Shown: piece after piece, positions 49,466 through 59,446 of the stretch
Position numbering within the stretch: the first letter of the stretch is position 1
Layout of the letters: every line of letters begins with the position of its first letter
Origin: Flavobacteriales bacterium
Lineage (GTDB): Bacteria; Bacteroidota; Bacteroidia; Flavobacteriales; UBA7312
Assembly (NCBI GenBank): GCA_965661505.1
Contig: CBFIDX010000001.1
Location: 41,384-105,383 of the forward strand
Direction of reading: 5' to 3'
Length of the DNA: 64,000 nt
The notes under the pieces: generated by a model
What the model was told of the DNA's origin: nothing
The model's input: only the letters and a program-made list of their open reading frames with translations
Database searches by the model: none
Program-made: the position numbers and the translations under genes

Positions 49466-49705
49466 ATGGCAAGAGTTTGCGATATCACAGGAAAAAAAGT
49501 AATGGTAGGTAACAACGTTTCTCACTCCAACAGAAAAACGAAAAGAAGATTCTATCCAAACTTACAAACAAAGAAGTTTTTTATACCAGAAACAGGTGAG
49601 TGGGTTACCCTTAAGGTTTCTACCAATGCACTAAGAACAATTAACAAAAAAGGAATTACCTCTGTGTTAAAGGAAGCGTTAGAAAACGATAACATATTGT
49701 TCTAG
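49466..49705 (+). CDS. rpmB: 50S ribosomal protein L28
   Basis: 79 aa. [11 protein letters not shown]...[20 protein letters not shown]. Confidence 0.95.
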   Translation: MARVCDITGKKVMVGNNVSHSNRKTKRRFYPNLQTKKFFIPETGEWVTLKVSTNALRTINKKGITSVLKEALENDNILF

Positions 49706-49731
49706 AAACAATTTTTATTAAAATACACAAA

Positions 49732-49762
49732 AGTTGTTACCTTTGGTAGCAACTTTTTTTTT
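49732..49762 (+). terminator. Rho-independent terminator after rpmB
   Basis: agttgttacc-ttt-ggtagcaact (10-bp stem with one G-U pair) followed by 8 T. It lies inside the TTG 49734 extension of the next ORF. Confidence 0.75.
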
Positions 49763-49769
49763 GAGTGTC

Positions 49770-50486
49770 ATGAGGTATTTTAAGTTTTTTCAATTTTTCA
49801 TCTTTCTAGTATTATCCTTGGTAGTTGTTTCATTACCTAGTTGTAAGAAAACCGTAATGGGTTGTGCTGATCCATTAGCCTGCAATTATTCGGAAGACGT
49901 AACAGAAGACAATGGATCTTGCATCTATTCATCAGAATTTTATGATTGTAACGACAACTGTCTAGAAGATTCAGATGGAGATGGTGTTTGTGATGAAAAT
50001 GAAGTTTTTGGTTGCATCGATGAAACAGCTTGTAATTACAATAGTAATGCTACTGAAGATGATTTAAGTTGTGATTTTGTATCATGTCTTGGATGTACAG
50101 ACGCTAACGCCTTTAACTATAACCCAGAAGCTACAATAGATGATGGTACTTGTCAAGAGGCTAACGAAATAATGGCTTCTACTTGGAGTGTCACATCTGA
50201 ATGTGATGGAATGTTAGTAGGAGCCATAATTCCAGATGAGATAAGCATTTCTGAAGGGGCAAATGAAGGAGAATTGGTTCTCGATTTAGGAATAGGTATT
50301 ACCATTAATGGCACCATTGACCAAGAAGGAAATATTTTGATTCCTTCTCAAGAAATAGACATTGTCATAGCTACTGTAACCGTAAATGGAAACGGCCAGT
50401 TAAATACTGAAACATCCGCAACTATTTACATAAACTTTTCCACGCTAATAGTTAGCGACAACTGTGTGCTAACATTAACAATGTAG
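49770..50486 (+). CDS. Cys-rich repeat lipoprotein of unknown function
   Basis: About 238 aa from MRYFKFF. Lipoprotein signal LPSC. Three copies of C-x-D-x2-A-C/F-N-Y-x4-6-D/E-D-x-S/T-C and a DSDGDGVCD calcium-binding-like loop. Confidence 0.6.
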   Translation: MRYFKFFQFFIFLVLSLVVVSLPSCKKTVMGCADPLACNYSEDVTEDNGSCIYSSEFYDCNDNCLEDSDGDGVCDENEVFGCIDETACNYNSNATEDDLSCDFVSCLGCTDANAFNYNPEATIDDGTCQEANEIMASTWSVTSECDGMLVGAIIPDEISISEGANEGELVLDLGIGITINGTIDQEGNILIPSQEIDIVIATVTVNGNGQLNTETSATIYINFSTLIVSDNCVLTLTM

Positions 50487-50507
50487 CTTGTTGCTAAGCG
50501 TGCAAAA

Positions 50508-50533
50508 CTCATTTGAAAAAATGAGCTTTTTTT
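50508..50533 (+). terminator. Rho-independent terminator after the Cys-rich lipoprotein gene
   Basis: ctcattt-gaaa-aaatgag followed by c and 7 T. It lies inside the ORF-track extension of the M1 peptidase. Confidence 0.65.
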
Positions 50534-50544
50534 ACGATTGTAAA

Positions 50545-52185
50545 ATGAAAAAAAAGATACTAATACTACTATTGATATTTTATTCCAATATATCCATAGC
50601 ACAAGAGTTTGGTAGGGCTGATAGTCTAAGAGGTTACTTATTTCCAGAGCGTAGCTGTTATGATGTGACTTACTATCACTTGAGTTTAAATGTAGATCCT
50701 GAAGAGAAATACATTAAAGGGTTTACAGAGATTCATTTCGATGCAGTAAACGATTTTATTGTTTTGCAAATAGATCTTTTCGAAAATTTACAAATCAACC
50801 GTATTGAATTTGAAAAACAGGATTTAAAATTTTCAAGAGAGTTTAATGCCGTTTTTGTAGAGTTTACTAGAGGCATTAAGCAGGGAGAGAATGCCAGTAT
50901 AAAAGTACATTATGAAGGAAGCCCTAGGGTTGCAGTTAATGCGCCTTGGGATGGTGGTTTTTCTTGGGAAAAAGATGATAATGGGAAAGATTGGATTGGT
51001 GTTTCTTGCCAAGGTTTGGGCGCTAGTTCTTGGTGGCCTAATAAGGATCATCAGTCGGATGAACCAGATAGTATGTTGATTAGCTGTCAAGCTCCGTCTG
51101 GTTTACAGTGTGTTGCTAATGGTAACATGCGTTTGCACGATTTGAGAAAGTCAACAATGCATTATAATACTTACCATTGGTTTGTTTCTAATCCCATAAA
51201 TAATTATGATGTGAGTTTAAATATTGGCGATTACACACACTTTTCGGATGTTTATATAAGTGGAGAGGATTCGTTGGATTTGGATTATTATGTATTAAGT
51301 TACAATAAGGAGAAAGCCTATGATCATTTTAAAGAGGTTAAACCAATGCTTAAATGCTATGAGCAGTTTTTTGGCCCTTACCCTTTTTGGGAAGATGGCT
51401 ATGCCTTGGTAGAAACTCCATATCTAGGAATGGAACATCAAAGTGCCATTGCTTACGGAAATGATTACTTGCCGGGTTATAAGGGCAATACTAACTTTAT
51501 AGCTGGTTTAGATTTTGATTACATTATCATACATGAAACCGGGCATGAATGGTGGGGAAATAGCATAACAGCAAATGATATTTCGGATATGTGGATACAG
51601 GAGTCTTTTTGCACCTATTCTGAAGTTTTATATGTAGAGTGTAGATACGGATATGAAACTATGCTTAAGTATGTAGAAAACCAGATGAAGATGGTGCGCA
51701 ACGATAAGCCAATTGTTGGTATTCCACACGTGCACCATAAAGGGAGTAGCGGAGATATGTATCAAAAAGGAAGTGCGGTTTTACACACCATTAGAAACCT
51801 GATAGAAAATGATTCGCTTTGGTACAATTTAATCTTATCTATGACCAATTTTTTTAAACACCAAACCATTGATGGAAGAGACGTGCTAAACTACATGAAT
51901 GAGAAAAGTGGTTATGACTTTGATGATTTATATCAGCAGTATTTATACACAAATACGTTGCCACAATTTCAATATAAGGTTGAGCGAAATAAGGGTGAGA
52001 ACTATTTAAAATACAGATGGGAGGCAAATGACAACTTCGATATGCCTATAAAAGTTACTCTAGAAAATGAAGAGTGGAATTGGATTTATCCAAATAAAAA
52101 TTGGAAAGAAATAAAGTTAGAACTGACAGAAGATGATTTTCAGATAGCAACACATTTATTTTTGATGGACATTAAAAAGCTGTGA
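50545..52185 (+). CDS. M1-family zinc metallopeptidase (aminopeptidase N-like)
   Basis: About 546 aa from MKKKILILLL (signal peptide). HExxH-x18-E: IIIHETGHEWWGN ... WIQESFCTY. Confidence 0.85.
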   Translation: MKKKILILLLIFYSNISIAQEFGRADSLRGYLFPERSCYDVTYYHLSLNVDPEEKYIKGFTEIHFDAVNDFIVLQIDLFENLQINRIEFEKQDLKFSREFNAVFVEFTRGIKQGENASIKVHYEGSPRVAVNAPWDGGFSWEKDDNGKDWIGVSCQGLGASSWWPNKDHQSDEPDSMLISCQAPSGLQCVANGNMRLHDLRKSTMHYNTYHWFVSNPINNYDVSLNIGDYTHFSDVYISGEDSLDLDYYVLSYNKEKAYDHFKEVKPMLKCYEQFFGPYPFWEDGYALVETPYLGMEHQSAIAYGNDYLPGYKGNTNFIAGLDFDYIIIHETGHEWWGNSITANDISDMWIQESFCTYSEVLYVECRYGYETMLKYVENQMKMVRNDKPIVGIPHVHHKGSSGDMYQKGSAVLHTIRNLIENDSLWYNLILSMTNFFKHQTIDGRDVLNYMNEKSGYDFDDLYQQYLYTNTLPQFQYKVERNKGENYLKYRWEANDNFDMPIKVTLENEEWNWIYPNKNWKEIKLELTEDDFQIATHLFLMDIKKL

Positions 52186-52213
52186 TAGTGTTTGTAGATA
52201 AAAGAAGTTTGAT

Positions 52214-52221
52214 TAAATTTG
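52214..52221 (+). promoter_or_regulatory. -7 box (TAAATTTG) for rpmG
   Basis: Exact TAnnTTTG match followed by CAGCCC, as at rpmB. 22 nt upstream of ATG 52244. Confidence 0.5.
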
Positions 52222-52243
52222 CAGCCCATTAAAAGAGAGAACA

Positions 52244-52426
52244 ATGGCAAAGAAAGGAAACAGAGTTCAAGTTATATTAGAATGTACCGAGCACAAGACT
52301 AGCGGAAAGCCAGGAACATCTCGTTACATCACCACCAAGAATAAAAAAAACACACCTGACAGAATGGAGTTGAAAAAATACAACCCAATCTTGAAAAAAA
52401 TGACGGTTCATAAAGAGATTAAATAA
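52244..52426 (+). CDS. rpmG: 50S ribosomal protein L33
   Basis: 60 aa. [18 protein letters not shown]...[22 protein letters not shown]. Confidence 0.95.
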   Translation: MAKKGNRVQVILECTEHKTSGKPGTSRYITTKNKKNTPDRMELKKYNPILKKMTVHKEIK

Positions 52427-52447
52427 GCATATTAAAGCTGATATATT

Positions 52448-52603
52448 ATGGCAAAGAAAGCAGTAGCATCTTTACAGAAAAGAGGAGCAAAAGATTTCAC
52501 GAAAGTGATTAAAATGACTAAGAACCAAAAAAATGGTGCTTATTCATTTAAGCAAGAAATTGTTCATAAAGACCAAGTAAACGATTACCTAGCTAAAAAG
52601 TAA
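52448..52603 (+). CDS. DUF4295 small basic protein (not in the ORF track, 51 aa)
   Basis: Hand translation gives MAKKAVASLQKRGAKDFTKVIKMTKNQKNGAYSFKQEIVHKDQVNDYLAKK. Position right after rpmG and the sequence pattern match the Bacteroidota DUF4295 family. Confidence 0.75.
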   Translation: MAKKAVASLQKRGAKDFTKVIKMTKNQKNGAYSFKQEIVHKDQVNDYLAKK

Positions 52604-52623
52604 TCACTTAAACGATATTATTC

Positions 52624-52665
52624 AAAAGCTTCTTTCTATCTTTGAAAGGAGCTTTTCTATTTTTA
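52624..52665 (+). terminator. Rho-independent terminator after rpmG-DUF4295
   Basis: aaaagcttctttc-tatcttt-gaaaggagctttt (13-bp stem with one G-U pair) followed by a T-rich tract. Confidence 0.7.
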
Positions 52666-52677
52666 AGATATAATCAA

Positions 52678-53628
52678 ATGGGTATTTTCGGGTTTTTCTC
52701 AAAGGACAAATAGGACAAGCTAGACAAAGGACTAGAAAAGACCAAAGAGAACGTTTTTGGTAAATTATCACGTGCCGTAGCAGGTAAATCTAAAATAGAT
52801 GAGGAAGCGCTTGATGATATCGAAGAAGCACTACTTACCTCTGATATAGGTGTGGAAACTACTCTCAAAATTATTGAAAAATTAGAAGAGCGCGTAGCGG
52901 CTGACAAATACCTTAGTTCAGTAGAACTTAATGCTTTTCTAAAACAAGAAATTGCTAATTTACTTGAGGATAATCACCTAGCTGATGCTTCAGAATTTGA
53001 TTTGCCAAAAGTTGAGGGTCCTTATGTGATTATGGTAGTAGGAGTAAATGGAGTAGGAAAAACTACTACCATTGGAAAGTTAGCATATCAGTTTAAAAAA
53101 ATGGGTAAAAAAGTGGTCTTGGGAGCTGCTGACACCTTTAGAGCAGCAGCAGTAGATCAGTTAGTTATTTGGTCCGAAAGAGTAGGAGTTGATATTATAA
53201 AACAAGAAATGGGTTCAGACCCCGCATCTGTATGTTTTGATACACTGCAATCTGCCAAAGCCAACAATGTAGACGTGGTAATTATTGATACTGCAGGGCG
53301 TTTGCACAACAAAGTAAATTTGATGAATGAGCTTTCTAAAATTCGTAACGTAATGGCCAAGGTAATGCCTCAGGCTCCCCATGATGTGATGTTGGTCTTG
53401 GACGCATCAACTGGTCAAAACGCAATTGAGCAAGCAAAGCAGTTTACTAAAGCTACCCCTGTAGATTCACTAGCACTTACTAAGCTAGACGGCACGGCTA
53501 AAGGAGGGGTAGTAATTGGAGTTTCAGATCAATTTAAAATTCCTGTTCGTTACATAGGTGTAGGAGAGGGAATGGAAGATTTACAAGCTTTCAACAAAAA
53601 CGAATTTGTAGATTCATTATTTGACTAA
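52678..53628 (+). CDS. ftsY: Signal recognition particle receptor FtsY, interrupted by an in-frame TAG at 52711..52713
   Basis: The frame from ATG 52678 reads MGIFGFFSKDK-TAG-DKLDKGLEKTKENVFGKLSRAVAGKSKIDEEALDDIEEALLTSDIGVETTLK and continues into the NG domain (GVNGVGKTTT, DTAGRL, TKLDG). The ORF track only calls 52852..53628, from a GTG. Confidence 0.85.
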
Positions 53629-54938
53629 TGCGTACTAAGTCTCTTAAAAAAAATAAAATTAACGTTATCACTCTAGGGTGTTCAAAAAACATTTACGATT
53701 CTGAAGTGTTGATGGGCCAACTAAAGGCAAACGATATGGAGGTTGAGCATGAGTCAGAAAAAGACGACTCGAATGTCGTAGTTGTAAATACCTGTGGTTT
53801 TATCGATAATGCTAAGGAAGAGTCAATCAATACCATTCTAGAGCAAGCTCAAAGAAAAGAAGATGGAGTCATTGATAAGCTTTTTGTAACAGGCTGCTTG
53901 TCAGAGCGCTACAAGCCAGATTTGGAAAAAGAAATGCCGAATGTAGATCAGTTTTTTGGTACCACAGATTTACCAAAATTGTTACAAGCCTTAGGTGCCG
54001 ATTACAAGCATGAATTATTGGGTGAGCGAATAACGACGACGCCCAAACACTATGCATACTTAAAGATTGCAGAAGGCTGCGATAGACCTTGTTCTTTCTG
54101 TGCCATTCCATTAATGCGAGGAAATCATCGTTCTAAAACAATTGAAAACTTAGTCGAAGAGAGCAAAAGTTTAGCCGCTAAGGGTGTAAAAGAGCTGATC
54201 TTAATTGCACAAGATTTAACCTATTATGGATTGGATTTGTACAAAGAGCGTAAGTTAGCTTCATTGTTAATAGCTTTATCAGAAGTGGAGGGGATTGATT
54301 GGATACGCTTACATTATGCTTTTCCTACAGGTTTTCCTGAGGATGTATTAGAAGTTATCCGCAACAATAATAAAGTCTGTAACTACATAGACATTCCTTT
54401 GCAACACATAAGTGATTCTGTTTTAAAATCTATGCGCAGAGGTACAACTTTCGCAAAGACAAATGCTTTGCTTCAAAAATTCAGACAAGAAGTTCCAGGA
54501 ATGACCATTAGAACTTCTTTAATTGTAGGATATCCCGGAGAATCCGAAGAGGATTTTCAACAACTGAAAGAATGGGTATTAGATACCAAGTTTGATCGCT
54601 TAGGCGTTTTTACTTACTCTCATGAAGAAAACACACATGCCTATCTGTTAGAGGATGATGTTCCAGAAGAAGTGAAGCACCAGAGAGCTGAAGAAATTAT
54701 GGAAGTTCAAAGTCAAATATCTTATGATTTGAATCAGAAAAAGATTGGAAAGGTGTTTAAGGTTTTATTTGATAGAAAAGAAGGAGATTACTTCATAGGA
54801 AGAACAGAGTTTGATTCGCCAGACGTGGACAATGAAGTTTTGGTAAAGGCAACGCATGCTTACGTTAGAATGGGTGATTTTGCAAATGTGAAAATTACAC
54901 ACGCAGATCATTATGATCTGTATGGTGAATTGTCGTAA
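53628..54938 (+). CDS. rimO: Ribosomal protein S12 methylthiotransferase RimO
   Basis: 436 aa. UPF0004 N-terminal Cys triad, radical-SAM CDRPCSFC, C-terminal TRAM domain. Confidence 0.9.
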   Translation: MRTKSLKKNKINVITLGCSKNIYDSEVLMGQLKANDMEVEHESEKDDSNVVVVNTCGFIDNAKEESINTILEQAQRKEDGVIDKLFVTGCLSERYKPDLEKEMPNVDQFFGTTDLPKLLQALGADYKHELLGERITTTPKHYAYLKIAEGCDRPCSFCAIPLMRGNHRSKTIENLVEESKSLAAKGVKELILIAQDLTYYGLDLYKERKLASLLIALSEVEGIDWIRLHYAFPTGFPEDVLEVIRNNNKVCNYIDIPLQHISDSVLKSMRRGTTFAKTNALLQKFRQEVPGMTIRTSLIVGYPGESEEDFQQLKEWVLDTKFDRLGVFTYSHEENTHAYLLEDDVPEEVKHQRAEEIMEVQSQISYDLNQKKIGKVFKVLFDRKEGDYFIGRTEFDSPDVDNEVLVKATHAYVRMGDFANVKITHADHYDLYGELS

Positions 54939-56464
54939 TGAGGCAGGATTTTTCATATCAGCAAACTGAAAAGTTTACTTCCTTAGTAAATGATTACTTA
55001 GCTAATACTGAAAGCTTACATTCTTTTTACAATCGCTATCCATTACTAGAAAATTTCCCAGAGCAGTGGAAAGAAAAGTCAAATCAAAACGTTGACAGAA
55101 AAATACTAGTTGACGTCCTGCAAAAACAGAATGAATTTTTAAGTCTTTCTTCATTAACAAAAGAAAATATTGCTGCATTAGCAGAACAAAATACTTTTAC
55201 AATAACGACAGGGCATCAGTTGTGTTTGTTTACGGGTCCCTTATATTTTATATACAAGATTGTTTCCGCGCTTAATCTAGTAGAAGAATTGAAAAGGACG
55301 TACCCACAAAACAATTTTGTTCCTGTTTTTTGGATGGCTTCTGAAGATCATGATTTTCAAGAAGTTAATCATGTCAATTTGTTCGGCAAAACCTTAAGGT
55401 GGCAAACAGAGCAAAAGGGTGCTGTTGGCCGTATGTCACTAGAGGGTTTAGGAGTTGTTTTAGATGAGCTTGATGTTATTTTAGGAGAGGGTGATAACGC
55501 ATCGTTTTTATCTGCTTTATTCAGAGAAGCATATTCAAAACATACTAGCTTATCTGACGCAAGCCGGTTTATCATAAACGCCTTGTTTGGGAAGTACGGA
55601 TTAGTCATTATTGATGGAGATGACCTTCGTTTAAAAAAGCAGTTTCTTCCAATAATAAAAAAAGACATACTTGAAAAAGGATTTGTAGATGCTATTTCTA
55701 GCTGTAGCAAAGAGCTGGCAAAAGAATACAAAGCTCAAGCCTTTGTGCGAGATGTCAATTTTTTCAGATTATCAGAAGGCAAAAGAGAACGCATAGAAGG
55801 AGATGTGTCTGAAAGTGAAATTGAAGAAAGACCTGAAAGTTTTAGTCCAAACGTTTTGTTGCGCCCCTTGTATCAAGAAACGATATTACCAAACATAGCT
55901 TACATAGGAGGAGGAGCAGAGGTAGCTTATTGGATGCAATTGAAAACTGCTTTTGAGCAAGAAAGTATGCCTTTTCCAATTTTAATCTTGCGCAATTCTT
56001 GCCTCTGGTTGGAGCAAAAGCAAGTAGATAAATGGCAGAATTTAGAATTTAATTTTTCCGATTTTTTTATTGATGAGCATCAGCTTCAAAAGCAATATGT
56101 TAACAAAAAAACAGATTTAGACCTTTCGGATGAGATGAATGCTTTGAAAAAAGTATTTACTGATATATTAGTTAAAGCATCAGGCACAGGCATGCAGTCT
56201 TCCATACTTGCAGAGCAAAAAAAACAAATCGATGCTTTTGATAAACTGGAGAAGAAGTTGCTGAAAAATGAAAAGAAAAAGCACCAACAATCACTACATC
56301 AAATAAGTCAGCTAAAAACAAAATTATTTCCTAATAACGGTTTGCAGGAGCGGCATGATAACTTTATTCCGTTCTACTTAAAACATGGGGAAAACTTTAT
56401 AGAAATACTTTTAAGAGAATTGAAACCGCTAGATGTTAAATTTGTAATTTTGAGTCCACAATAA
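54938..56464 (+). CDS. bshC: Bacillithiol biosynthesis cysteine-adding enzyme BshC
   Basis: 508 aa. [18 protein letters not shown] motif and overall length typical of BshC. The start overlaps the rimO stop. Confidence 0.75.
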   Translation: MRQDFSYQQTEKFTSLVNDYLANTESLHSFYNRYPLLENFPEQWKEKSNQNVDRKILVDVLQKQNEFLSLSSLTKENIAALAEQNTFTITTGHQLCLFTGPLYFIYKIVSALNLVEELKRTYPQNNFVPVFWMASEDHDFQEVNHVNLFGKTLRWQTEQKGAVGRMSLEGLGVVLDELDVILGEGDNASFLSALFREAYSKHTSLSDASRFIINALFGKYGLVIIDGDDLRLKKQFLPIIKKDILEKGFVDAISSCSKELAKEYKAQAFVRDVNFFRLSEGKRERIEGDVSESEIEERPESFSPNVLLRPLYQETILPNIAYIGGGAEVAYWMQLKTAFEQESMPFPILILRNSCLWLEQKQVDKWQNLEFNFSDFFIDEHQLQKQYVNKKTDLDLSDEMNALKKVFTDILVKASGTGMQSSILAEQKKQIDAFDKLEKKLLKNEKKKHQQSLHQISQLKTKLFPNNGLQERHDNFIPFYLKHGENFIEILLRELKPLDVKFVILSPQ

Positions 56465-56472
56465 GATATTTA

Positions 56473-58008
56473 ATGCAACACGAAAAAATCCTAATTTTAG
56501 ATTTCGGTTCGCAATACACACAATTAATTGCGAGAAGAGTAAGAGAGTTGAACATTTATTGTGAAATTCATCCTTTCAATAATATCCCAGAGCTTTCTCC
56601 TAACTTAAAAGGGGTTATCTTATCTGGTAGCCCTTTTTCAGTAAGAGAAAAAAATGCTCCCATACCAGATCTGAAAGGAATCAAAGGAAAACTCCCTTTG
56701 TTAGGTGTGTGTTATGGCGCTCAACATTTAGCTCATAAGTTTGGAGGTGAGGTGTTGCCCTCAAAAATTCGTGAGTATGGACGTGCTAACCTTTCTTTTG
56801 TAGATGACTCCAACCCCTTGATGAAAGACGTTCCAAATGGTTCGCAAGTATGGATGAGTCACGGAGATACAATTGCAAAGCTTCCTGATGGGTATAAAAT
56901 AATCACTTCAACTAATGATGTTGAAGTAGCTGGTTATCAAATAGATAATGAAGAAACGTACGCCATACAATTTCATCCAGAAGTATATCATTCAACCGAT
57001 GGAAAAACCTTACTAAGTAATTTTTTGATTAATATTTGTGGCTGCGCTCAAGACTGGACTCCTGTTTCTTTCGTAGATGAAACGGTACGAGCTTTAAAAA
57101 CTAAAATAGGTAAAGATAAAGTGGTTCTAGGCTTGTCTGGAGGAGTTGACTCTACTGTTGCAGGTGTTCTTTTGAATAAAGCAATTGGTGAAAATCTTTA
57201 CTGCATTTTTGTTGATAATGGTTTATTGCGTAAAAATGAATTTGAAAGTGTTTTGAATCAGTATAAAGGGATGGGGTTGAATGTAAAAGGGGTAGATGCA
57301 AAAAGTCGCTTTTATGAGGTTTTGCAAGGAATAAGCGACCCTGAGGCAAAACGAAAGGCTATAGGGAATAAGTTTATTGATGTTTTTGATGATGAGGCAC
57401 AACTGATAGAAGAGGTAGTATGGCTGGCTCAAGGCACGATTTATCCAGATGTCATAGAGTCTGTATCTGCAACTGGAGGTCCATCAGCAACCATCAAATC
57501 ACATCACAATGTTGGTGGATTGCCTGATTTTATGAAACTCAAAATAGTTGAGCCTCTAAATACATTATTTAAGGATGAGGTTCGTAGAATAGGTCGTTCT
57601 ATGGGTATTGATGAGGAGCTTTTAGGAAGACACCCTTTTCCAGGGCCAGGCTTAGCCATCCGAATTTTGGGCGATATTACTGCTGAAAAAGTACGGATTC
57701 TTCAAGAAGTGGATCATATATTCATCTCTTCTTTAAAGGAAGCAGGATTGTACAATGATGTATGGCAAGCAGGAGCCATCTTTTTGCCGGTACAATCGGT
57801 AGGTGTAATGGGCGATGAAAGAACGTATGAAAATGCTGTTGCCTTGAGGGCAGTAGCTTCAACAGATGGAATGACGGCGGACTGGGTTCATCTTCCTTAT
57901 GAATTTTTAGCAAAAGTTTCAAACGATATCATTAACAAAGTAAAAGGCATCAATAGAGTGGTTTATGATATTAGCTCTAAGCCACCAGCAACCATTGAAT
58001 GGGAGTAA
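56473..58008 (+). CDS. guaA: GMP synthase (glutamine-hydrolysing)
   Basis: 511 aa. GATase domain (GVCYGAQ), ATP-PPase motif SGGVDS, C-terminal PPATIEWE. Confidence 0.95.
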   Translation: MQHEKILILDFGSQYTQLIARRVRELNIYCEIHPFNNIPELSPNLKGVILSGSPFSVREKNAPIPDLKGIKGKLPLLGVCYGAQHLAHKFGGEVLPSKIREYGRANLSFVDDSNPLMKDVPNGSQVWMSHGDTIAKLPDGYKIITSTNDVEVAGYQIDNEETYAIQFHPEVYHSTDGKTLLSNFLINICGCAQDWTPVSFVDETVRALKTKIGKDKVVLGLSGGVDSTVAGVLLNKAIGENLYCIFVDNGLLRKNEFESVLNQYKGMGLNVKGVDAKSRFYEVLQGISDPEAKRKAIGNKFIDVFDDEAQLIEEVVWLAQGTIYPDVIESVSATGGPSATIKSHHNVGGLPDFMKLKIVEPLNTLFKDEVRRIGRSMGIDEELLGRHPFPGPGLAIRILGDITAEKVRILQEVDHIFISSLKEAGLYNDVWQAGAIFLPVQSVGVMGDERTYENAVALRAVASTDGMTADWVHLPYEFLAKVSNDIINKVKGINRVVYDISSKPPATIEWE

Positions 58009-58033
58009 ATTCTTTTTTTACAAAAGGTTTTAG

Positions 58034-59419
58034 ATGAGAAATTTATTTTTTTTAAGTGCTTTTTTCTTCAGCTTCAATGCTCATTGCCAGTTTGTGAAAG
58101 ATACCACCATAAATGGTAGGCCCTTTGCATTACATACGGTTAAGCCCAAAGAAACCTTATATGGACTTTCAAGAGAATACAATGCCGAACTAAATCAAAT
58201 TGTTGTTCAAAACCCATCCGTTATTCAAGGATTAAAGATCGGTGTTCGTTTACAAATTCCATTGCAAAAACAAAAGGTGCAAAAAACCATTGATAAAGCG
58301 ATTATACCCAAGGTCATACCAAACAAAAAATCATCCATCGTAAAAAAACAGAATGATCCGTTTTTAATAACTGATTCAACTACAATAAATGCAGCTTTAT
58401 TGTTGCCTTTTTTTCTAGACAAAAATGATCAACTAGAGTTGGATAACCTCTCTGGTAAACCTACTTCTTTGTATCCAAATTCTAGCACAGCACTCGCCTA
58501 TTATTCAGGCGTATTGTTAGCCTTAGATACGTTAAAATCATTAGGCCTTAATATTCATTTAAAAGTGTTGGATGTTCCAAACGATTCTGTTTTCAATACC
58601 ATTCTTGATAGTACAATTTTAGATGATAGAGCGTTAATAATTGGGCCCTTATTAGCCAACCAATTTCGACAGTTATCCGAAAAATATGGAAGTGATATTA
58701 ATAGACGCCTAGTTTCCCCTCTTTCTTTTAAAAATGTGATTGGAAAATATGCTAATACTTATCAGTTTGTTCCTTTTCCATCCTTGCAAATTGATACAAT
58801 TGTTAGTTACCTTAACTTCAATAAAGACAATTCCAACATGGTAGTTGTTGGTCAAGAATCTGAAAAAAAATTATTCAATACTTATCAGCAATTATTTTTT
58901 GAAAAAAAGAGTAATAGACATCAATCATATTTGGTGAAAAAAGGTGAGCATGCTGATAAAGAAGCATTAAAAGAAAAGTTAAACGAATCAAATAACATTG
59001 TCTTAGTAGCCTCCACAAATCGTTCTTTTGTTGCAAGGTTAATACCAATGCTTGCTTCAATGGAGGACACTAATTTTACTGTATTTGGCTTGAATTCTTG
59101 GAACATGTTTACTTCATTAGATCAACATGATATAAATACTCTGAATATTCATATGCCTTCTGTTTTTTACAGAGATGACTCTGAGTTATTTGTTTCTTTC
59201 ATGAGTCAATATATTACTCAATTTGATGAATACCCGAGCAGGTATGCTTATGGTGCTTATAGACAGGCATTGTATTTGTTTTCTTCTCAGTTTTCTCCTC
59301 TTTTCACCTTTGAAAAAATCCCGAATAATAAAGGCAATATCAATACTAAATTCCCCATCATTTACTACAAAGACTTTAAACAAAATATTGCCGAATTAGA
59401 TGACAGAAAAAATTTGTAA
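58034..59419 (+). CDS. LysM domain protein with periplasmic-binding-protein-like C-terminal region
   Basis: 461 aa. Signal peptide, LysM segment HTVKPKETLYGLSREYN, then a type-1 PBP-like region. Confidence 0.65.
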   Translation: MRNLFFLSAFFFSFNAHCQFVKDTTINGRPFALHTVKPKETLYGLSREYNAELNQIVVQNPSVIQGLKIGVRLQIPLQKQKVQKTIDKAIIPKVIPNKKSSIVKKQNDPFLITDSTTINAALLLPFFLDKNDQLELDNLSGKPTSLYPNSSTALAYYSGVLLALDTLKSLGLNIHLKVLDVPNDSVFNTILDSTILDDRALIIGPLLANQFRQLSEKYGSDINRRLVSPLSFKNVIGKYANTYQFVPFPSLQIDTIVSYLNFNKDNSNMVVVGQESEKKLFNTYQQLFFEKKSNRHQSYLVKKGEHADKEALKEKLNESNNIVLVASTNRSFVARLIPMLASMEDTNFTVFGLNSWNMFTSLDQHDINTLNIHMPSVFYRDDSELFVSFMSQYITQFDEYPSRYAYGAYRQALYLFSSQFSPLFTFEKIPNNKGNINTKFPIIYYKDFKQNIAELDDRKNL

Positions 59420-59446
59420 TTTGTAGAGCATTTTATTGTCCGCATT

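Noticed and set aside
52711-52713. Possible genome-wide reassignment of TAG to a sense codon, as the explanation for the ftsY in-frame stop
   Set aside because: TAG sits at sensible gene ends elsewhere in the window: the GT2 gene at 12386..12388, rpmB at 49703..49705, and the genes ending at 50486 and 60769. Protein lengths there match family expectations, so TAG is a normal terminator here.
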